This document shows positions 60,008 through 64,000 of a DNA stretch of 64,000 nucleotides, one piece after another. The stretch lies in NCBI GenBank assembly GCA_049322215.1, contig JBMORU010000001.1:388023-452022 (forward strand), given 5' to 3'. Under the pieces are notes generated by a model. It was not told the DNA's origin and ran no database searches. It saw only the letters and a program-made list of their open reading frames with translations. The position numbers were made by a program, and so were the translations under genes. This DNA comes from Patescibacteria group bacterium. Lineage in GTDB: Bacteria; Patescibacteriota; WWE3; UBA101185; UBA10185. Positions within the stretch are counted from its first letter, which is position 1. Every line of letters starts with the position of its first letter.

Positions 60008-60793
60008 ATGCAAAACATGGAAAAAAATTTGAAGACCGTTATGGAGCTTACCAAAGTAGATAAAAAGTATGTTGTAAACGAGTGTTTATCAAAGTTCAAT
60101 AGTATAAATTTAGACCTTGATGCTTTGACTGAAAACTTGCGTAAAAAACATCCTGCGTTATTTAGTAGATCTGTTTCGCAACAGTCAACAGAACAAAACA
60201 AAGCAAATATTCAAACTACATTGACTTCACATGCAAAATTAATTGGTAATTTTAAAAATACTTCCGAAATTGAAAGTTATTTAGAAAATGCGCATGCCAC
60301 AAAGGTGTCCATAGAAGTAGAATTAAAAAGTTTTATTGATAAAGAGAATATATGTATTAGCAGTAGAGTAAAGTCACCAGAAAGCATTAAAAAAAACATT
60401 GAAAATGAAAATCCTTTTACACTAACTGATGTAGTTGGTTTTAGATTAATTCCTGTTTCTAATGAGCATTTTGTTAACCTTTTAAGTGACCTAGAAACTA
60501 AACTTTCTAAGCTTTTATTTAAAATAAACATACTTTCATATTCAAAAGAGGAGGCTATACAAAACATTGGTGAAAATTCTGTTCACTACAAAAGCATTCA
60601 TTATCATATTGTTGAAGGTAACTACATGTGTGAAATTCAAGTTCGTGGGAAATATACTGATATATGGAGTGAACTTTGTCATATTGGACTATATAAACCA
60701 CAGGTTGATTTAACCTCAAAACAGTCAAAAGCTTTGTTAGATTTTGGCTATATTACCAATACCGTTGATTTCTTTGAGTTTTTAAATAGCTAA
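60008..60793 (+). CDS. Small alarmone synthetase (RelA/SpoT synthetase domain only)
   Basis: SRVKSPESIKK, DVVGFR, YKSIH, EIQVR, WSELCH..LYK; start chosen from TACTCT plus 6 nt (track start 60002). Confidence 0.8.
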   Translation: MQNMEKNLKTVMELTKVDKKYVVNECLSKFNSINLDLDALTENLRKKHPALFSRSVSQQSTEQNKANIQTTLTSHAKLIGNFKNTSEIESYLENAHATKVSIEVELKSFIDKENICISSRVKSPESIKKNIENENPFTLTDVVGFRLIPVSNEHFVNLLSDLETKLSKLLFKINILSYSKEEAIQNIGENSVHYKSIHYHIVEGNYMCEIQVRGKYTDIWSELCHIGLYKPQVDLTSKQSKALLDFGYITNTVDFFEFLNS

Positions 60794-60810
60794 TATTAAA
60801 TAAAAGATAA

Positions 60811-60842
60811 AAGGGGAACATTTTTTTAAGAATATTCCCCTT
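60811..60842. terminator. Hairpin between the convergent SAS and SAH genes, possibly bidirectional
   Basis: aaggggaa...ttcccctt with T-rich tails on both strands. Confidence 0.7.
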
Positions 60843-60848
60843 GTTTTG

Positions 60849-61295
60849 CTAAAAACCTAATCTAAGGGTGCGCATGGTTGTAAGAAAGAATTTTTCACGT
60901 TTATACATAGCTATTCTTTTTAAATGCCACTTTTCGGGTTTGGGGATTCGCGTTATGTCAATGTTATGTGTTAAGTCTGCAATTTTAACGTTTAATGCCA
61001 TTTTGGGTCCAAAGGCAATTTTCAAAATGTATGAAATGCGAGATTCCGCTTCTGCCTTTGTGAGCAAACCAAGTGCGTGTATTATTTCTAATGAAAACCC
61101 AGCATCCAAAAGATTTTGTGGTGTTATTTGAGTATCTTCAATAACATCATGTAAAACTGCGCAGATTTTTGTACTTGTGCCTTCCACATGATTCATAACC
61201 CATAAAACGTGATGTATGTAAGGATTACCCCCTAAGTCGGTTTGCCCCTCGTGTAGCTTTTTAGCTAAGACAATAGCTTTATCAAGTGTGCTCAT
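60849..61295 (-). CDS. HD-domain small alarmone hydrolase (Mesh1/SAH-like; unit 10)
   Basis: A..LHEGQ.D..G.PYIHH, AVLHDVIEDT, LLTK, VKIAD..HN; TTGACA-17-TAAGAT promoter and AAGGAGA. Confidence 0.85.
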   Translation of the reverse strand: MSTLDKAIVLAKKLHEGQTDLGGNPYIHHVLWVMNHVEGTSTKICAVLHDVIEDTQITPQNLLDAGFSLEIIHALGLLTKAEAESRISYILKIAFGPKMALNVKIADLTHNIDITRIPKPEKWHLKRIAMYKREKFFLTTMRTLRLGF

Positions 61296-61521
61296 TGCTA
61301 ACTCTCCTTGGTATTGGAAAAGCCTCTTTTTATATTTGTTTGATTGAGTTTACGAAATCTTATAGCACGATGTTGGTAGTGTCAAATGTGCATACTTGCT
61401 ACTTTGCTGGTATTCGTATTGCTTCTTTTAAAAAGGCTTTTAGAGGGTGTGGTTATTTGGTTAAAAATGTAATAAAGCGATAACCTTTGTTAGTTTTATT
61501 AATGTGTATTATTCTTTAACT

Positions 61522-62256
61522 ATGCAGAAAGGTTTTACACCTCTTATTATAGTTTTGTTAATTACCCTCGTTTTGGGCACTCTGGTTTTGTTGTATAAAC
61601 TTTTGCCTAATGCACACACTACTCCTGAGGTGAATAACACCATAGTTTTTAAAGAAACGCCTCCAGAGCCCCTAAAGCAGGAACTTCTTGAATTTAAGGC
61701 ATCTGATTTTAAATTTCCCTCAGAAAAAATTAACTCAATATCTTCTGTTGAATCATGTGGCACAGGGTGTCATTCAAAGTATGCAGTCGAAATAGTAGAC
61801 GGAATAATTACAAAAACAAATTCCTCTAGAGTAGCAAGCAATGAAACAAAGAATAATTACACTTGTACTATAAATGAAGATGCTTTGAATAAGTTAAATT
61901 TATTATTTAACCAGGCTAGTGCTGATATTAAAATGTCAGAAAGTGATGTTAGTTTATCTTGTTATCAGGGAGGATTTGGAAAATGTTTTGACTTAGCTAT
62001 TGGAGAAGATCAATATAAATTTTATGTTGACGCTCAAAGTAATTTAACTTCTTTTTCATGTTTTGACCCTAGTAAATGCAAAAGTGCTGAAGGTTATTTA
62101 TATACTTATGACGAAAATGGGCGTATTAAGTATAGAAGCTATGCATTCGAAAACTTTGAGTTTGGGGAGTTTATACAAGATCTTATTATGGGTGCTGGGG
62201 AAGACGCAAACAACTACTGCATAAGTGACTCAGTTAAACTAGATATAGTTCAGTAA
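61522..62256 (+). CDS. Cys-rich extracytoplasmic protein with a pilin-like N-terminus
   Basis: MQKG|FTPLIIVLLITLVL; 8 Cys; TATTCT plus 6 nt selects ATG 61522. Confidence 0.6.
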   Translation: MQKGFTPLIIVLLITLVLGTLVLLYKLLPNAHTTPEVNNTIVFKETPPEPLKQELLEFKASDFKFPSEKINSISSVESCGTGCHSKYAVEIVDGIITKTNSSRVASNETKNNYTCTINEDALNKLNLLFNQASADIKMSESDVSLSCYQGGFGKCFDLAIGEDQYKFYVDAQSNLTSFSCFDPSKCKSAEGYLYTYDENGRIKYRSYAFENFEFGEFIQDLIMGAGEDANNYCISDSVKLDIVQ

Positions 62257-62328
62257 CGGTAGGGAAAAGCCTAAGTTAATCTAAGCTGAGTATTTCGGTT
62301 AAGCGGCATTAAGCACACCTTTTGTGAT

Positions 62329-62646
62329 TTAGTTACCCCAATTTGTAAAAACACCTACAGCAAGTTCTGCCCATACCCAAAGGAATAACAGAATTAATAG
62401 AATCCCTAAAGCTAACCTATACTTTTTTGAAACTTTTCTTGCAATTAGAACAAATGTGCCTCCCGCGCCAAATATAAGAGTACCCATTACTACAAAGTCA
62501 AAAATATCCCAATTAAGCACTTCGTAGCTACTTCCAGGATCGAGTAAAGGTATTTTGAATGACATTAGTAAAAAAGGAATTGTAAGTAATAGAATTGTTA
62601 AAAGAGCTACCCAAATGAGTTTTTTGTTTGTGCTGGGTTTATTCAT
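62329..62646 (-). CDS. Small 3-TM membrane protein
   Basis: LLLTIPFLLM...WDIFDFVVMG...LWVWAELAVGVF. Confidence 0.75.
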   Translation of the reverse strand: MNKPSTNKKLIWVALLTILLLTIPFLLMSFKIPLLDPGSSYEVLNWDIFDFVVMGTLIFGAGGTFVLIARKVSKKYRLALGILLILLFLWVWAELAVGVFTNWGN

Positions 62647-62694
62647 ATGAGTATATTATAGCAATTATAAGTGTATAGACTGATCCGGCACGAA

Positions 62695-62853
62695 TCAGAT
62701 TAAATTTTTCTTTTTAAGTTCTTCTTTAATGCTTTTGGGCATATCCCTGCATTTACAATGCTTAAAATGTTCAAAATGCCATTTTACTCTGTCTTCAAAT
62801 GTGGGGTTTTGAGGCATTTTATTGTTAAGATGCCATTTTTTATTAAGTTTCAT
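62695..62853 (-). CDS. Small His/Cys-rich protein (52 aa)
   Basis: MKLNKKWH...MP.NPT...R..WH.EH...C.CR; TATACT plus 6 nt before ATG. Confidence 0.7.
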   Translation of the reverse strand: MKLNKKWHLNNKMPQNPTFEDRVKWHFEHFKHCKCRDMPKSIKEELKKKNLI

Positions 62854-62886
62854 AAATTTAGTATAAGCTGTTTTTTTAGGGTAAGT

Positions 62887-62960
62887 TGGCTGGGGAACAG
62901 GGAGTCGAACCCCAATTTCCGCATCCAGAGTGCGGCGTGCTACCATTACACCATTCCCCA
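62887..62960 (-). tRNA. tRNA-Gln (CTG)
   Basis: Reverse complement tggggaatggtgtaatggtagcacgccgcactCTGgatgcggaaattggggttcgactccctgttccccagcca. Confidence 0.95.
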
Positions 62961-62995
62961 ATAAATACATTGTGGAATGATGGTAGCAAAGCGTC

Positions 62996-63012
62996 ACACC
63001 ATTCCCCAATAA
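62996..63012 (-). repeat. 17-bp direct repeat spanning the tRNA-Gln 5' end
   Basis: acaccattccccaataa at 62948-62964 and 62996-63012. Confidence 0.9.
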
Positions 63013-63068
63013 GCACTAGAATTCTAGCATAAAACTAAGTTTTATTTGGTAACCTGCTTTTATGGGTT

Positions 63069-63998
63069 TTAGGAGTTTTTTGCGTTTCTTAGCGCTCTGT
63101 ATCTTTGAGTGGGGTCCAGTAGTTTTTTACGAAGTCTCAAGCTTTCAGGAGTAATTTCAAGTAACTCATCATCTTCTAAAAAGTTTAGTGCTTGCTCTAA
63201 ACTTAACTTAAGTGGGGGAGTTAAAATTATTGCTTCATCTTCACCTGAAGATCTTGTATTTGTAAGGTTTTTACCTTTACACACATTTATTTCTAAATCT
63301 TGTTCGCGTCCGTTTATCCCCACTATCATTCCACCATAAACCATTTCTTGTGGACCTATAAATAATGGGCCTTTTTCTTGCGCTACGTTTAATCCGTAAG
63401 ACATTGCTTTTCCTTTTTCAGTTGCAATTAAAACTCCTTTTCTAAGTTTTTTAGGGGTACCTTGCATGTGTTCGTATCTTAAAAAGCTTGAGTTAACTAT
63501 TGCTGTTCCTTTAGATATTGTCATTAGTGTACTTCTTAAGCCTAATAAATTACGTGTGGAAATTTCGAATATTAATCGTGTGTATCCAGTTTCATCCATA
63601 TCATGTGAAATCATTTGTGCGCGTCTTTTACCTAATTCGCTATTAATTCCACCTACGTATTCTTCTTCTACATCAATTGTTAACTCTTCAATTGGTTCCA
63701 TTTCTACACCATCTATTTTTTTTGTTATTACTTGAGGTTTTCCAACTTCTATTTCAAAGCCTTCGCGTCTCATATTTTCTAAAAATACTGATAAATGCAA
63801 TTCTCCTCGTCCTGATAAAATATATTGTCCGTTTGCATCTATTTCAAACTTCATTGCTACATTAGTTTGAAGTTCTTTTTCTATTCTGTTTAAAATTTGT
63901 CTGCTTGTTAAAAATTGACCTTCTGTACCCTTTAGTGGAGAAGTATTGGCTCCCATTGAAATGCTTAAAGTTGGTTCTGCAATTTTCATTGAGGGTAA
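63069..63998 (-). CDS. typA: Translational GTPase TypA/BipA, C-terminal part (5' truncated by the window)
   Basis: GRGELHLSVFLENMRREGFE, EPIEEL, NVCKGKNLTNTRSS, SLEQAL....DELLEITP.SLRLRK. Confidence 0.95.
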   Translation of the reverse strand, partial: LPSMKIAEPTLSISMGANTSPLKGTEGQFLTSRQILNRIEKELQTNVAMKFEIDANGQYILSGRGELHLSVFLENMRREGFEIEVGKPQVITKKIDGVEMEPIEELTIDVEEEYVGGINSELGKRRAQMISHDMDETGYTRLIFEISTRNLLGLRSTLMTISKGTAIVNSSFLRYEHMQGTPKKLRKGVLIATEKGKAMSYGLNVAQEKGPLFIGPQEMVYGGMIVGINGREQDLEINVCKGKNLTNTRSSGEDEAIILTPPLKLSLEQALNFLEDDELLEITPESLRLRKKLLDPTQRYRALRNAKNS

Positions 63999-64000
63999 AG

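Noticed and set aside
3716-60842. Orphan-unit hairpins read as integron attC sites
   Set aside because: No consistent RYYYAAC/GTTRRRY ends, no tandem array and no integrase; G-U asymmetry and U-tracts fit RNA terminators better
62854-63009. N-terminal extension of the 62695..63009 ORF
   Set aside because: It runs through tRNA-Gln; the real start is most likely ATG 62853
1509-63865. Numerous short ORF-track entries antisense or out-of-frame to confident genes (e.g. 14373-14822, 22883-23323, 29848-30249, 39911-40372, 60868-61131)
   Set aside because: Shadow ORFs with Ser/Phe/Ile-rich composition; no motifs or initiation signals
1-64000. CRISPR array, rRNA, IS/transposase, or UGA recoding (genetic code 25)
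   Set aside because: No regularly spaced repeats or such genes were seen; TGA ends full-length conserved genes (tgt, acd, OFOR alpha, eno), consistent with code 11

Overview
AT-rich bacterial chromosomal segment. Gene content and style suggest a Patescibacteria/CPR genome, possibly WWE3/Microgenomates-like; this is inference only. The backbone is housekeeping and fermentative: truB, tgt, mutS-mutL, xseAB, eno-gpmI, an ADP-forming acetate-CoA ligase/NDH-2/2-oxoacid:ferredoxin oxidoreductase operon with flavodoxin, class III RNR nrdD-nrdG, uppS/polyprenyl synthase, pcm, corA, a SulP transporter, a DEAD helicase, partial typA, tRNA-Pro(GGG) and tRNA-Gln(CTG). Most striking observations: (1) Two gene architectures coexist. 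Many core genes look leaderless, with a -10 hexamer exactly 6 nt before the start codon. About 10 dispersed, mostly orphan, single-gene units instead share a sigma70-like promoter, an A/C-rich leader, an AAGGAG(A) Shine-Dalgarno and a long strand-specific hairpin; one apparently ORF-less unit also occurs. (2) Homologs of both aminoglycoside-resistance 16S rRNA methyltransferase families (NpmA/KamB and ArmA/Rmt) sit next to tRNA-modification genes. (3) There is a convergent small alarmone synthetase/hydrolase pair. (4) Both tRNA genes carry odd end duplications. No CRISPR array, rRNA, integrase or transposase was recognised. All assignments come from motif recognition by eye; no database search was run.
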